Source: Alphaproteobacteria bacterium
GTDB taxonomy: Bacteria > Pseudomonadota > Alphaproteobacteria > UBA7887
Reading direction: 5' to 3'
DNA: 64,000 nucleotides
Assembly: GCA_965216755.1 (NCBI GenBank)
Contig: CBDCGL010000011.1
Span: 1,888,001 to 1,952,000, forward strand
In this document: positions 51,291 through 62,043 of the stretch, in pieces
Position numbering within the stretch: position 1 is the stretch's first letter
How the letters are laid out: every line of letters begins with the position of its first letter
The notes under the pieces: model-generated
Databases searched by the model: none
What the model was told of the DNA's origin: nothing
What the model saw: only the letters and a program-made list of their open reading frames with translations
Position numbers and translations under genes: made by a program

Positions 51291-52829
51291 ATGCGTCAAT
51301 ATCTTCGAACACATAGGGATCGTGAGCTATCTCGGCGGCATAACGCCACTTTGGTCAAGCGCTTGGGCAGCGCCGCGATCGGCCTCGCCGCGGTTCTGGT
51401 CCTGTCAATGCAGTTTGCGGGATGTGCGACCGGGCAATTGCCCTCGGGCGTGCTCAGTTTGCGGAGCCATAGCTACGAGCGCTCGGCAGAACGCTATCCT
51501 GAAATGTCGCGCATCGCGAGCGCTTTCGATTCAGTAGCCGTTCCCGTACCCGACCAACATGAACGGACTCGGCAACTCAACCTGTTTGCGGAAGTTTTCG
51601 AGCTGACTCGGAGCGACTATGTGGACCAGGTGCCCACAACTCAGTTGATCGACGCCGCGGTGAACAGCATGGAAGGCCAACGCGAGGCCGACCCGGAGTC
51701 AGGAACACGCGCGCCACATAAACTGATGACCCTGGCCATGAGCGACATGCTGCATGCGCTGGATCCGCATTCAGATTATCTGTCGGCAGACGACTACCAG
51801 GAAATGCAGGTCAGAACCCGCGGCGAATTCGGCGGACTTGGTATCGAAGTCACCATGGAAGAAGGGTTGATCAAGGTGGTGGCGCCCATCGACGACACCC
51901 CCGCCGCCGCCGCAGGCGTATTAGCCGGCGATTTGATCACCCATGTCGACAACAATCCCATTCTAGGCAAGACCCTTGCCGAGGCCGTCGATTTGATGCG
52001 CGGCCCAATCGGCAGCGAAGTCATTATCTCCGTACTGAGAGGTGAGGAAGAACAGACGCTGGAAATCGGTATCGTACGCGACATGATCCGGATCCAACCG
52101 GTGCGCGCCCACCTGGAAGACGAAATCGGCTACGTGCGGATCACCACATTCAACGAGCGAACCATATCTGGTTTGCGTAAGGCATTGCGAAGGCTCGAGT
52201 CAGATCATGATGGAGCGTTGTCGGGAATCGTCTTGGATCTTCGAAATAACCCAGGTGGTCTGCTTGATCAGGCCTTGGACGTTTCGGACGCCTTTTTGAC
52301 CGAGGGCGAGATTGTCTCGACGATTGGACGTGGCAACAAGCATGTACGCCGTTTTACCGCCGATAGCGATGATTTGTCAGACGGTGTGCCGATGATGGTT
52401 CTTATCAACAGTGGCAGCGCGTCGGCATCGGAAATTGTTTCTGGTGCGTTACAGGATCATGGCCGCGCGACCGTGATCGGCACGCGATCGTTCGGCAAAG
52501 GGTCGGTCCAGACAATCATCCCGGTGCGCAGCGGCGGTGCGGTCCGCCTGACAACGGCAAGATATTACACGCCATCTGGCAACAGCATCCAACTTACGGG
52601 TATTCGCCCAGATGTGACGATCGCGTCGGACGACGAAACCGAGCGCGAACGGGAAGCCGATTTAGAGAACGCGCTACCAGCCGAAGAAAACCCGCTGGCC
52701 ATCGATGCCAAGACGGAAGCGACCAGCCTGTGTCCGGGGGCGCAGCAAAAGGAAGATCCGCCACTGGCGTGTGCCTTGGATATGCTTCGCGGTGCGAGCG
52801 AACTGGCACAAACACCGATCAGTCAGTAG
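51291..52829 (+). CDS. ctpA: S41 carboxyl-terminal processing protease
   Basis: LDPHS, GEFGGLGIEV (PDZ), DLRNNPGGLL, SASASEIV, FGKGSVQ, TTARYYTPSG. Confidence 0.92.
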   Translation: MRQYLRTHRDRELSRRHNATLVKRLGSAAIGLAAVLVLSMQFAGCATGQLPSGVLSLRSHSYERSAERYPEMSRIASAFDSVAVPVPDQHERTRQLNLFAEVFELTRSDYVDQVPTTQLIDAAVNSMEGQREADPESGTRAPHKLMTLAMSDMLHALDPHSDYLSADDYQEMQVRTRGEFGGLGIEVTMEEGLIKVVAPIDDTPAAAAGVLAGDLITHVDNNPILGKTLAEAVDLMRGPIGSEVIISVLRGEEEQTLEIGIVRDMIRIQPVRAHLEDEIGYVRITTFNERTISGLRKALRRLESDHDGALSGIVLDLRNNPGGLLDQALDVSDAFLTEGEIVSTIGRGNKHVRRFTADSDDLSDGVPMMVLINSGSASASEIVSGALQDHGRATVIGTRSFGKGSVQTIIPVRSGGAVRLTTARYYTPSGNSIQLTGIRPDVTIASDDETEREREADLENALPAEENPLAIDAKTEATSLCPGAQQKEDPPLACALDMLRGASELAQTPISQ

Positions 52830-52854
52830 ACGAATGGCGGTTTGAGATCGCCGC

Positions 52855-53664
52855 TCACCCGGACGATGGCGCCCTGGCAACGGTCTCGTAGGTGTCGACA
52901 TAGCTCGTATGGCTGACCAAAACGTCGCCGGTCGTCCACAAATGTAGTTGGACGCACGGCGGTTCATACACAAATCCGGGCTTCACACCTGGAACCAGGG
53001 TCAAGCCAACCTGGTGAGAGGTTGACGGTGTCGTCGACACAGTCGTTCCGTGCCAATTGGCAACGATCGGGCGGTGGACATGGCCGCAGAGAATTCGCAC
53101 CACATTGCCGTGATCAGCGACAATCGCGCCCAATTGTCCAGCACCCTCGGCCAAGCCCATATGATCCATGTGTTCTATGCCGGTCGCAAATGGTGGGTGA
53201 TGCATCATGACCAGTACCGGTCGGTCGGCCATTGCCCGCATTTGGCGCGCTATCCAGTCGAGCCGCGCGTCACACAATCTGCCGCCATGTGAACCCGGGT
53301 CCAACGTATCCAAGGCAATGACATGCAACGATCCTAACGCGAAAGCATATTGAATAAATCCGTCCGGCGGCATCGTGGGGATAACGTCCCGAAAAGTCGT
53401 GCGCAATTGATCGCGATCATCGTGATTGCCCGGAATCAGGAAATAGCGCCTGTCCAACCCATCAAGCATGGCACGCAAACGTGCATACTCGGCCGCCGAA
53501 CCCTGATCGACCAGATCTCCAGTCAAAAAAATCGCGTCCGGTCGCGGACGAAGACGATTCACGTGAGCAACCGCGCGTTCCAGATATGCGCCAGTGTCAA
53601 CACTGCCACTGGCAAGCGCGCCCGCCGCACAAATGTGAAGATCCGTCATGTGAGCGATCAACAT
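52855..53664 (-). CDS. Metallophosphoesterase (CpdA/GpdQ-like phosphodiesterase)
   Basis: TDLH, TGDL, PGNHD, HHPP, CGHVH. Confidence 0.9.
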   Translation of the reverse strand: MLIAHMTDLHICAAGALASGSVDTGAYLERAVAHVNRLRPRPDAIFLTGDLVDQGSAAEYARLRAMLDGLDRRYFLIPGNHDDRDQLRTTFRDVIPTMPPDGFIQYAFALGSLHVIALDTLDPGSHGGRLCDARLDWIARQMRAMADRPVLVMMHHPPFATGIEHMDHMGLAEGAGQLGAIVADHGNVVRILCGHVHRPIVANWHGTTVSTTPSTSHQVGLTLVPGVKPGFVYEPPCVQLHLWTTGDVLVSHTSYVDTYETVARAPSSG

Positions 53665-53716
53665 CGTGGGCGGCCCGAGAGACTCGGCTAAAGCACCCCG
53701 GCACGCATAGCGATCA

Positions 53717-54721
53717 TCAAATCAACCCAGCCAGAGGCGAAGACGGATCCGCATAGGTCCGTTTCGGCATACGTCCGGCAAGATAGGCGAGCCGACCCGA
53801 TTCAACAGCAAGCTTCATCGCCGCCGCCATCAAGATCGGATCCTTGGCTTCGGCAATTGCCGTATTCATCAAAACACCATCACAACCAAGCTCCATCGCC
53901 ACCGCGGCATCGGACGCCGTCCCCACGCCCGCATCCACCAAGACCGGCACCGATGCCTGTTCAACGATGAGCCGAATATTGACGGGATTCTGTATGCCAA
54001 GGCCCGAACCTATCGGCGCGGCCAGGGGCATGATCGCACAGCAGCCGATGTCTTCGAGACGTTTCGCCATCAAAGGATCATCACTGCAATAAACCATCAC
54101 CTCGAAGCCGTCTTTGATCAGCGCCTCGGCCGCCGCCAACGTCTCAACCATGTCCGGATACAACGTCTTCCGATCGCCAAGGACCTCCAATTTCACCAGT
54201 GACCAGCCACCGGCTTCACGCGCCAGCCTTAGGGTGCGCAGGGCGTCTTCCGCCGAAAAACATCCGGCGGTGTTGGGCAAATAGACGTACCGTTTGGGAT
54301 CGACATAGTCCATCAACATCGGCGCATTCGGATCTGTGACATTGACCCGTCGCACGGCGACAGTGACAATCTCCGCGCCCGAGGCCGCCAAAGCATCGGC
54401 CGTCTGCCGAAAATCCTTGTATTTTCCGGTACCCACGATCAAACGAGACGCGAACGCATGCCCGCCGACCTGCCAAACGTCGCCGTTGCCGGTTAGCACG
54501 GCCGCTTCAGTCGCGGCTTGATTGCCGCCGCCGATGAAATGGACAATCTCCAACACATCCCCATCGGACAGTCGAACTTGTTCATAACGGGACCGCTGCA
54601 CAATTTCGCGGTTGCGCTCGACAGCGATCTTTCGTGCGTCCAAGCCCAGGCACCCCAGCAAGCCGTCAATTGTCAATGCCGTGTCAAAGGTGCGGTCTTC
54701 GCCATTGATCGTAATGCGCAT
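53717..54721 (-). CDS. thiG: Fused sulfur carrier ThiS / thiazole synthase ThiG
   Basis: N-terminal ThiS (IAVERN.EIV...EIVHFIGGG) followed by ThiG ([36 protein letters not shown]). Confidence 0.95.
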   Translation of the reverse strand: MRITINGEDRTFDTALTIDGLLGCLGLDARKIAVERNREIVQRSRYEQVRLSDGDVLEIVHFIGGGNQAATEAAVLTGNGDVWQVGGHAFASRLIVGTGKYKDFRQTADALAASGAEIVTVAVRRVNVTDPNAPMLMDYVDPKRYVYLPNTAGCFSAEDALRTLRLAREAGGWSLVKLEVLGDRKTLYPDMVETLAAAEALIKDGFEVMVYCSDDPLMAKRLEDIGCCAIMPLAAPIGSGLGIQNPVNIRLIVEQASVPVLVDAGVGTASDAAVAMELGCDGVLMNTAIAEAKDPILMAAAMKLAVESGRLAYLAGRMPKRTYADPSSPLAGLI

Positions 54722-54897
54722 TGCTGTTTGATTCCCGTTCAGTCGTCGCGCCGCTATTGCGCGGTGCCTTGGTCTCGCCCTAAATGATCAGAAATGCAAT
54801 CGCCGTCAAGACAACACCAGCGCGACGCGGACGACAATCGATATCGGCAATTGAAGTCAGACAAGCGAGGCATGATATAAGCAGGCCGAAACGTGAG

Positions 54898-55341
54898 ATG
54901 TGCACATTCCTGATCCTCAATGGTCCCAATCTGAACATGTTGGGGCTGCGCCAGCCCGAAATTTACGGTCGGGAGAGCCTTGCCGACGTCCGGCAGCTAT
55001 GCGAATCGGCGCTGGAACCACTGGGGGTTTCACTCGACTTTCGACAGACCAATGGCGAAGGTGAACTTGTGACCTGGGTCCAAGAGGCACGCGAAACGGC
55101 CGATGGCATTGTCATCAATGCCGGCGCGCATACACACACTTCCATCGCCCTTCTCGACGCGCTGTTGGCCAGCGCAGTGCCGACCGTCGAAGTGCACATG
55201 TCTAATATTCACGCCCGCGAAGCGTTTCGCCGGCACTCCTACGTGTCACGTGCCGCCCATGGCATGATCTGCGGCTTCGGCGCGTATGGCTATGTGTTAG
55301 GATTGCGCGCGCTCCACAAGGTGGTAACCAAAGAAAGTTAG
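54898..55341 (+). CDS. aroQ: Type II 3-dehydroquinate dehydratase
   Basis: LNGPNLNMLGLRQPEIYG, INAGA.THTS, EVHMSNIHARE.FR. Confidence 0.96.
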   Translation: MCTFLILNGPNLNMLGLRQPEIYGRESLADVRQLCESALEPLGVSLDFRQTNGEGELVTWVQEARETADGIVINAGAHTHTSIALLDALLASAVPTVEVHMSNIHAREAFRRHSYVSRAAHGMICGFGAYGYVLGLRALHKVVTKES

Positions 55342-55344
55342 TCG

Positions 55345-55809
55345 GTGGCAGGAAAGTTTGAGGTAGACGGGGGCCTTATACGTCAACTTGCTGAATTGCT
55401 TGACGAAACAGGGCTAACAGAAATCGAAATTGGCACAGGCAACCGGCACGTCAGAGTCGCACGAACGCCGGATCGGTCGCCCGCCATGGTCGCTCAAGAG
55501 GGCCTTGTCGCCCCCGCGACACCGGCAACTGGAGCGCCCGCTTCGGCCCAGGACAACGCCGACGGACAACCTCCGGCCGGCGCGGTGACCTCGCCGATGG
55601 TGGGCACCGTCTATGTCGCCGCGGAGCCTGGCGCGGCGCCATTTGTTACCATCGGTTCGATGGTGGCCGAAGGCGACACACTGTTCATCATCGAGGCCAT
55701 GAAGACAATGAATCCGGTACGCGCGCCGCGATCCGGCAAGATCGGAGATATTCTGGTCAACAACGGCACTCCGGTCGAATATGGCGAAACCCTCGCCATC
55801 CTGAGTTAG
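55345..55809 (+). CDS. accB: Biotin carboxyl carrier protein
   Basis: SPMVGT, IIEAMKTMN. Confidence 0.96.
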   Translation: MAGKFEVDGGLIRQLAELLDETGLTEIEIGTGNRHVRVARTPDRSPAMVAQEGLVAPATPATGAPASAQDNADGQPPAGAVTSPMVGTVYVAAEPGAAPFVTIGSMVAEGDTLFIIEAMKTMNPVRAPRSGKIGDILVNNGTPVEYGETLAILS

Positions 55810-55823
55810 CGCGCGGCGCGCCC

Positions 55824-57176
55824 ATGTTCGAAAAAGTGCTCATTGCGAATCGCGGCGAAGTCGCATTGCGCATTCACCGCGCATGCCGCGAGATGGGCAT
55901 CCGAACCGTTGCCATCCATTCCACCGCGGATTCCGACGCTATGCACGTCCGCTTGGCCGACGAATCGGTGTGTATCGGGCCACCGCCGGCACGCGCCAGC
56001 TATTTGAACATTCCGTCAATCATGGCCGCGGCCGAAGTCACCGGCGCCGACGCCGTCCATCCCGGCTATGGTTTTCTGGCTGAGAATGCGAATTTTGCCC
56101 GCATTGTTGCCGAGCATGGTCTGAAACTGATCGGACCCAGCGCCGAGCACATGGCGCTGATGGGCGACAAAGTCGCCGCGCGGAAAGCTATGTCCGGCCT
56201 GGGGTTGGCAATGGTGCCCGGATCGGACGGTCCGGTGCGCGACCCAACCGCCGCGCGCGCGATCGCGCAAGAGATCGGCTTTCCGGTCATCGTCAAGGCA
56301 AGCGCCGGTGGCGGCGGCCGCGGTATGAAAATCGTTCGCGACCCCACCACTCTTGAACCCTTGATAGCCGCCGCTCGCGCCGAGGCACGCGAATCATTCG
56401 GCGACGACACGGTCTATATCGAGCGCCTCCTGGAGCGGCCACGTCATATTGAGATCCAAATTCTCGCCGACGACCACGGCAATGTCGTGCAGTTTGGCGA
56501 ACGCGATTGTTCGTTACAGCGTCGACACCAGAAGATCCTTGAGGAAGCGCCGTCACCCGCGTTGCCACCCACGTTACGGGCGCGCATGGGCGAGCTGGCG
56601 CAGACGGCCATGACGCGGCTCGGATATAGCGGCGTCGGCACAATCGAATTTCTGTTGGATGGCGATTCGTTCTATTTCATCGAGATGAACACGCGTTTGC
56701 AGGTCGAACACCCGGTTACCGAAATGATCAGCGGCGTTGACCTGGTGCGTGAGCAGATTCGCATCGCCGCCGGCGAAGAGCTGGGTTATGCACAGACGGA
56801 CGTCCGCCTTCAAGGCCATGCGATCGAGTGTCGAATCACGGCTGAAGATCCGGAAACATTTGCGCCAATGCCTGGACGGGTCAGCGATTACCATCCGCCT
56901 GGTGGGCTCGGCGTTCGAGTCGACTCAGCGCTTTACTCAGGCTACGCGGTGCCACCTTATTACGACAGCATGATCGCCAAACTGATCGTCCACGGCGCCA
57001 ACAGGGACGAATGTTTGATGCGTCTCAGACGCAGCCTGGAGGAGTTCGTTATCGGCGGGATTGAGACCACATTGCCCCTTCATCGACGCCTGGTTGATGA
57101 CGCTGATTTTGCCGCTGGCGCTTATGATATCAATTGGTTAGAAAGGTTCATCGGTAGCGTCCGCAAGGAGCCATAG
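55824..57176 (+). CDS. accC: Biotin carboxylase
   Basis: [48 protein letters not shown]. Confidence 0.97.
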   Translation: MFEKVLIANRGEVALRIHRACREMGIRTVAIHSTADSDAMHVRLADESVCIGPPPARASYLNIPSIMAAAEVTGADAVHPGYGFLAENANFARIVAEHGLKLIGPSAEHMALMGDKVAARKAMSGLGLAMVPGSDGPVRDPTAARAIAQEIGFPVIVKASAGGGGRGMKIVRDPTTLEPLIAAARAEARESFGDDTVYIERLLERPRHIEIQILADDHGNVVQFGERDCSLQRRHQKILEEAPSPALPPTLRARMGELAQTAMTRLGYSGVGTIEFLLDGDSFYFIEMNTRLQVEHPVTEMISGVDLVREQIRIAAGEELGYAQTDVRLQGHAIECRITAEDPETFAPMPGRVSDYHPPGGLGVRVDSALYSGYAVPPYYDSMIAKLIVHGANRDECLMRLRRSLEEFVIGGIETTLPLHRRLVDDADFAAGAYDINWLERFIGSVRKEP

Positions 57177-57220
57177 ACATCGACGCCATAAAGCCGCCGC
57201 GCATCACCGCCGATACCCTG

Positions 57221-57868
57221 TTGCGCGCCTATCAATGGGGCCTCTTCCCGATGGGCGAGAGCCGCGACGACCCGACCATTTACTGGGTCGACCCCGAATC
57301 GCGTGGCATCTTGCCGATTGCGTCATTTCACATTCCGCGTCGTTTGCGCCGCACCCTGCGTCGCACACCCTTTCGGGTCTCGGTTGACCATGCGTTTGGC
57401 GCGGTCATCGAGGCTTGCTCCGAACCGGCCAACGGCCGACCCACAACCTGGATCAACAACCGGATTATTGAGCTCTATTCGGATTTACATCGAATGGGTT
57501 ACGGACATTCGGTTGAATGTTGGGATGGCGAGCGATTGGTTGGTGGCCTGTATGGGGTCTCCATCGGCGCCGCTTTTTTCGGGGAAAGCATGTTCAGTCG
57601 AGCTGCCGATGCCAGCAAAATCGCGTTGGTCCACCTGGTTCAGCGCCTGTCGGCTGGTGGTTATACCCTGCTCGACACGCAGTTCGTAACAGACCATTTG
57701 GCCCAGTTCGGCGCGATCGACGTGCCGCGTGCCCACTACCTGAAGCTGCTGGCGAACGCGCTGCGGCGTCGCGGGGATTTCTACTCGCTGCCACCCGATG
57801 TGGGGTCGGTCGCCGAAATCTCGCCCGTCGGCGTCACCGGTGAGGTATTTGGGTCAGTCGACTCATAG
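57221..57868 (+). CDS. aat: Leucyl/phenylalanyl-tRNA--protein transferase
   Basis: [46 protein letters not shown]; true start probably upstream (see findings). Confidence 0.93.
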   Translation: MRAYQWGLFPMGESRDDPTIYWVDPESRGILPIASFHIPRRLRRTLRRTPFRVSVDHAFGAVIEACSEPANGRPTTWINNRIIELYSDLHRMGYGHSVECWDGERLVGGLYGVSIGAAFFGESMFSRAADASKIALVHLVQRLSAGGYTLLDTQFVTDHLAQFGAIDVPRAHYLKLLANALRRRGDFYSLPPDVGSVAEISPVGVTGEVFGSVDS

Positions 57869-58287
57869 TTTTTGCACGACAATACAATGATGTCGTAGAC
57901 GGGATGTTCTAACGTCGACAAACCGGGACTCGATGCGAACATCCAACCTTGAAAAATCAGCTCGGGCGGTTCACCGGGCTTCGCTTCCGCGATTTCCATA
58001 AACACGGTGCTTTCCGGCGTTTCCTCGGGCGGGGCCTGTAAACACTGGCGTGCCATGACCCGCAGATTTCCGAAAGCGAGCTCCAAATTCATCGGCACAT
58101 CAAGGACATAAACACGCCCGGTGACTTTGTCCAAAGCCTCCAGAACGGCGATTTCCATGGGATCCGCACCATATGCCGACCCCGGCCCCGCCACGGATAC
58201 CGCGGACGCCCATACGGCCCAAAACAAGGCTATCCAGCGCCCATGACGTGCACAGCCCCGCGGTCGTTCAGTCTTCAAATGGTGCAT
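57781..58287 (-). CDS. DUF2155 family protein
   Basis: LDKVTGR, FGNL, C...[27 protein letters not shown]. Confidence 0.88.
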   Translation of the reverse strand: MHHLKTERPRGCARHGRWIALFWAVWASAVSVAGPGSAYGADPMEIAVLEALDKVTGRVYVLDVPMNLELAFGNLRVMARQCLQAPPEETPESTVFMEIAEAKPGEPPELIFQGWMFASSPGLSTLEHPVYDIIVLSCKNYESTDPNTSPVTPTGEISATDPTSGGSE

Positions 58288-58546
58288 CCAATTCCGCCAC
58301 CAGAGCCGCGAGAACCGATCGAACCTGTTGTTCGTCACACCCCATGAGAACCGCGTCTTCCAAGGCCTCCTGACACATTTCGCGGATTTCGAGAATGTTC
58401 TCGTTCAAAACCTTGATTTTCTCTGTGCACGAAACTGGTGTGCCGTCACGACCACGCCATTCGTCTGGCACCAAAGTGCCTTTCTGATTTGCGTCCAAGT
58501 TGGTCATCTTGGGCGATATCGACTCCGGTTTTTCCGCGTCAGCCAT
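58268..58546 (-). CDS. Conserved hypothetical protein
   Basis: W...DG.PVSCTEKIKVLNEN..E....Q.ALEDAVLMGCDE.Q.R motif; operonic position. Confidence 0.75.
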   Translation of the reverse strand: MADAEKPESISPKMTNLDANQKGTLVPDEWRGRDGTPVSCTEKIKVLNENILEIREMCQEALEDAVLMGCDEQQVRSVLAALVAELDAPFED

Positions 58547-58552
58547 GCTGAC

Positions 58553-59002
58553 TTAGTTGGTGTTCTTCTGGCTAAACACAAGCTGCGTGATCAACCCGAT
58601 GAGATCAGGCGCGGCCTGTGTATATTGAATTTCGTCGCCGGCAGCCAAAACCGCGTCCTCGCCGCCCGGCTCCAGCGCGATGAACGCGCCGCCCAGCAAG
58701 CCTTCCGCACCAATCGATGCCGATGTGTCTAGCGGAAGTTTAATTTCATCGTCGATGCTCAACGTGACCCGCGCGAGATAGGTCTCCGGGTCAATGTCCA
58801 TGCGGTGAACCGAGCCAACCTTGATGCCGCTGATCCGGACATCGGCGCCTTCGTTCAGCGTGCCAATCGCCGTGAACTGCGCGACCACGGTGTAGCCGCT
58901 TACCCGACGCACGTCAGATTGCGTGTAAGCGAATACCAAAAAAATTACCGCGACGGCCAAGACAACCGCGCCGATCAAAGTTTCAGCAATGTTCCGTGTC
59001 AT
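58553..59002 (-). CDS. mlaD: MCE-domain lipid asymmetry protein MlaD
   Basis: N-terminal TM; GADVRISGIKVGSV, DTSASI..EGLLGG.FI.L.PG. Confidence 0.9.
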   Translation of the reverse strand: MTRNIAETLIGAVVLAVAVIFLVFAYTQSDVRRVSGYTVVAQFTAIGTLNEGADVRISGIKVGSVHRMDIDPETYLARVTLSIDDEIKLPLDTSASIGAEGLLGGAFIALEPGGEDAVLAAGDEIQYTQAAPDLIGLITQLVFSQKNTN

Positions 59003-59049
59003 GGTGCCTTTCCGTGACGCCGCGTGACCACGTTATCTCGGTCAGCACA

Positions 59050-59673
59050 TCACTCGCTCGCGTGTATGTTTGGATAGCGTTCAGTCAGGTCGTCCAAGAG
59101 TGCGTCGTCGATTTCGCCGGTGACAGGCAATCCGGCGTCAATTTGAAAATTGCGAATACCGCGCCGCGTAATCGGCCCAAGCAACCCATCGACCGCGTGA
59201 TCATAATAGCCCCGCGATTTCAGCTCGGCTTGGATCTCAATGACCAGCGCTTGCGCCGGTGTTGGCGTCGCGCGTGCGGTAAACCCCGGCCGATAGATCT
59301 TTGGCGACGCGAACTTCAGATGATCCAGCAGATCGCGCGAGAGCTGGCCATCGACGGGCAGGCCCGCCGCGGATTGATAATCGCGCACCGCCTGGACCGT
59401 GTCGCGCGTCACCGTACCGTTGATTTGTCCCGAATCAAATCCGTGGATCGCCAATTCCTTTTGAATCGCCACAATATAGGCGGCCCGCATGCCGGCCGGC
59501 ATTTCTGTGACAAGCTGCGCCACGCGCACGGCATGCGGCGTGGCTTGACTCGCCGCGTTCTTCAAGATCGTGTGCACGAGTATTCCTGCCGACGCCGTCG
59601 ACATTGCCCAAACGGTGAACCCGACAGCCACAACGGGCCCGCACATCACAATGGACCATTTCGATCTAACCAA
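59050..59673 (-). CDS. Peptidoglycan-binding domain protein (2x PG_binding_1)
   Basis: IQKEL..HGF..G..NG.....T..AVRDYQ...GLPVDG and IQAEL..RGY....VDG..G..TR..IRNFQ...GLPVTG; start uncertain. Confidence 0.8.
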   Translation of the reverse strand: MVRSKWSIVMCGPVVAVGFTVWAMSTASAGILVHTILKNAASQATPHAVRVAQLVTEMPAGMRAAYIVAIQKELAIHGFDSGQINGTVTRDTVQAVRDYQSAAGLPVDGQLSRDLLDHLKFASPKIYRPGFTARATPTPAQALVIEIQAELKSRGYYDHAVDGLLGPITRRGIRNFQIDAGLPVTGEIDDALLDDLTERYPNIHASE

Positions 59674-59843
59674 TTGTCCCCCGAATATCTGTGGAAGATA
59701 TAAAACCACTTATGGCGCCAGACTGTGCGTTTCCAGCGTGACGATCACAGCAAACGGTGGCGCGGCAAGCAAAGAATCCGCATGTTTTTCCGCCGTTTGA
59801 TCGCCGCACGCTGCGGTGGCGTGACAAGACCAATGTTGCAGCC

Positions 59844-60212
59844 TCAATTCGCGTTCGGCGTCCACGGTTCATAATCACCGGTCGCGGCCGCACGTTGGCC
59901 ACCGCGCTCCAAGGCTCCGGACGGGCGATAGGCCGCGTGTGTGCCTGTCAAGTTGGGTTCGTGCTCTTTTTGCCACGATCGCTCGATCACCGGGCTCACC
60001 GTCGGTGGCTCGGCAAACGTATGAGTCAACCAGCCCTGCCACTCCGGCGGCACCGCTGACGCTTCAGGCTCGCCATGATAGATCACCCAGCGCCGTTCTT
60101 TGGTGCCCGCCTTGCGGCGTCGATCACGATAATAATGATTTCCGAACTGGTCCTCGCCGACCAGTTCGCCGCGCCAATAAGTGAAAAGCCGCGTTCCCCA
60201 AGTTGCGCCCAT
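59844..60212 (-). CDS. NADH:ubiquinone oxidoreductase subunit NDUFA12-like
   Basis: GELVGEDQFGNHYY, RRWVIY.G..EAS.VPPEW.GWL, W.K.H.PNLTGT..AYRP. Confidence 0.92.
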   Translation of the reverse strand: MGATWGTRLFTYWRGELVGEDQFGNHYYRDRRRKAGTKERRWVIYHGEPEASAVPPEWQGWLTHTFAEPPTVSPVIERSWQKEHEPNLTGTHAAYRPSGALERGGQRAAATGDYEPWTPNAN

Positions 60213-60381
60213 CGCACAGTCTGCCCCGATTTTTGCGCCAGCATCCAACACCGGTCAGCGCCGCCACAGTGGACCGAATATGGCGTCGCGGCTCGCGTCC
60301 GTCCAGCACACAATTGCCACCATTCCCGGCACCCCATGGCTCGGCTAAAATCACGCAAAGCGTGGCGCAAAGGAGCTGGCT

Positions 60382-61707
60382 ATGACATTCGAACATTTAC
60401 TTTTTCGTTTCGGCGTCGTCATCGCGACGCTCTTGCTCCTAACGACGCCGGCCTCGGCGGAACCCTATTACGACAGGGAAATCAGCGCATTGGCTGACCG
60501 AATTGAAGCCCAAGTCATCGCCTGGCGGCGCGATATCCATGCCAATCCGGAACTCAGCAATCGTGAATTTCGAACCTCCGCCTTGGTCGCCAAACATTTG
60601 ACCACGCTTGGTTTTGATGAAGTGCGTACAGATGTCGCGCACACCGGTGTCGTCGGTTTGCTGGTCGGCGGCCAGCCGGGCGGCGTTGTGGCTCTACGGG
60701 CGGATATGGACGCACTGCCCGTCACGGAACAAACCGGCCTACCTTTCGCTTCCACAGTACGCACCACGTACAATGGCCAGGACGTCGGCGTCATGCATGC
60801 CTGTGGTCATGACGCCCATACCGCGATGTTGATGGGTGTTGCGTCGATTTTGGCTGAGATGCGCGACACGATCCCTGGCACCGTCAAGTTCATCTTTCAG
60901 CCGGCAGAAGAAGGGCCACCAGAAGGAGAGAATGGTGGCGCTAAGATGATGGTCGAGGAAGGCGCTCTGACGAATCCAACGCCGCAAGCGATTTTTGGAC
61001 TTCATGTGGGTCCACGAAACCGAAATGTGCTGTTTGCCGCCAAAGGCGCCATGCTCGCCAGTGCGGACGTTCTCAAGATCGAAGTCGAAGGGCGACAAAC
61101 CCATGGTGCCGCGCCTTGGCGCGGTGTCGACCCAATTGTCGTGGCGGCCCAGATCATCTTGGGGCTGCAAACAATTCATAGCCGGCAGGTCGATACCCGT
61201 GAGCCGGCAGTGATTTCGGTTGGCAGTATCCATGGCGGCGTCCGCAACAATATCATTCCCGATCGTGTTGAAATGATCGGGACAGTGCGCACGCACAGCC
61301 AAGACGTCCGCGCCGACATCAAAGATCGCATTCGCCGCACGGCAACACACATTGCCGAGAGCGCCGGCGCAACGGCCACTGTATCATTTGGATTTGGCAT
61401 TCCGGTCGCGTACAACGAACCCGCATTGGTCGAAGACATGCTACCGAGTCTGGTCCGCGTGGCGGGCCCCCGCCATGTCAAGCCGACGGTGGCCGTCATG
61501 GGCTATGAGGATTTCGCGTTTTTTCAGCAGCAGATCCCGGGCATGTTTGTGTTCCTGGGGGCACGACCAGCCGACATTCCCGCGGACCAAGCCGCGCCAA
61601 ACCATTCGCCAAGATTTATCATCGACGAGACCGCGTTGAAAACCGGCGTGCGGGCGCTCACAACTTTGGCGCTTGACTTCTTGCATAAACCATCGGCAAG
61701 GAATTGA
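60382..61707 (+). CDS. Secreted M20 family amidohydrolase
   Basis: RRDIHANPELSN.E, LRADMDALP, MHACGHDAH, FQPAEEG, EDF, NHSP.F; signal peptide. Confidence 0.92.
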   Translation: MTFEHLLFRFGVVIATLLLLTTPASAEPYYDREISALADRIEAQVIAWRRDIHANPELSNREFRTSALVAKHLTTLGFDEVRTDVAHTGVVGLLVGGQPGGVVALRADMDALPVTEQTGLPFASTVRTTYNGQDVGVMHACGHDAHTAMLMGVASILAEMRDTIPGTVKFIFQPAEEGPPEGENGGAKMMVEEGALTNPTPQAIFGLHVGPRNRNVLFAAKGAMLASADVLKIEVEGRQTHGAAPWRGVDPIVVAAQIILGLQTIHSRQVDTREPAVISVGSIHGGVRNNIIPDRVEMIGTVRTHSQDVRADIKDRIRRTATHIAESAGATATVSFGFGIPVAYNEPALVEDMLPSLVRVAGPRHVKPTVAVMGYEDFAFFQQQIPGMFVFLGARPADIPADQAAPNHSPRFIIDETALKTGVRALTTLALDFLHKPSARN

Positions 61708-61900
61708 CAGGCGGACGGTCAAGCGCCCCATGGCCGATTGGGTGATTCGTTAACCCCAAATCCGGGGCGAATTGGCGATCGTTTCGGCTTCGTCAAAGAC
61801 GTTTTGGCGGTCTCGAACAGCATCTAGTGGTGCGCCTCGATCGCTAGGCTATTGGATCCACTACATTTCGAAAAAAAGCTTTGCGCACCGAACATATGTC

Positions 61901-61947
61901 AGCCTATATGTAGCGCCACAAGCGACCTCGGTCACAAAATATTGGGG
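61901..61947 (+). promoter_or_regulatory. Tandem NrdR boxes upstream of nrdJ
   Basis: AGCCTATATGTAGCGC (61901) and TCACAAAATATTGGGG (61932) match acaCwAtATaTwGtgt; 31 bp apart. Confidence 0.8.
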
Positions 61948-62043
61948 GCTAATGGGACACATTCGGCGGTGTTCGGGCATCGCCAGACCGTTCAATGTGT
62001 CTCAACAACTAAAACCAGCTAGCGAACGGGTTTCGGGGGGTCT

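Noticed and set aside
52855-53664. Phosphodiesterase as part of the cyclase module
   Set aside because: It lies ~37 kb away among core genes, with no linkage evidence
54722-54897. Possible TPP riboswitch upstream of thiS-thiG
   Set aside because: No CTGAGA/CCTGA core motifs seen; short divergent promoter region
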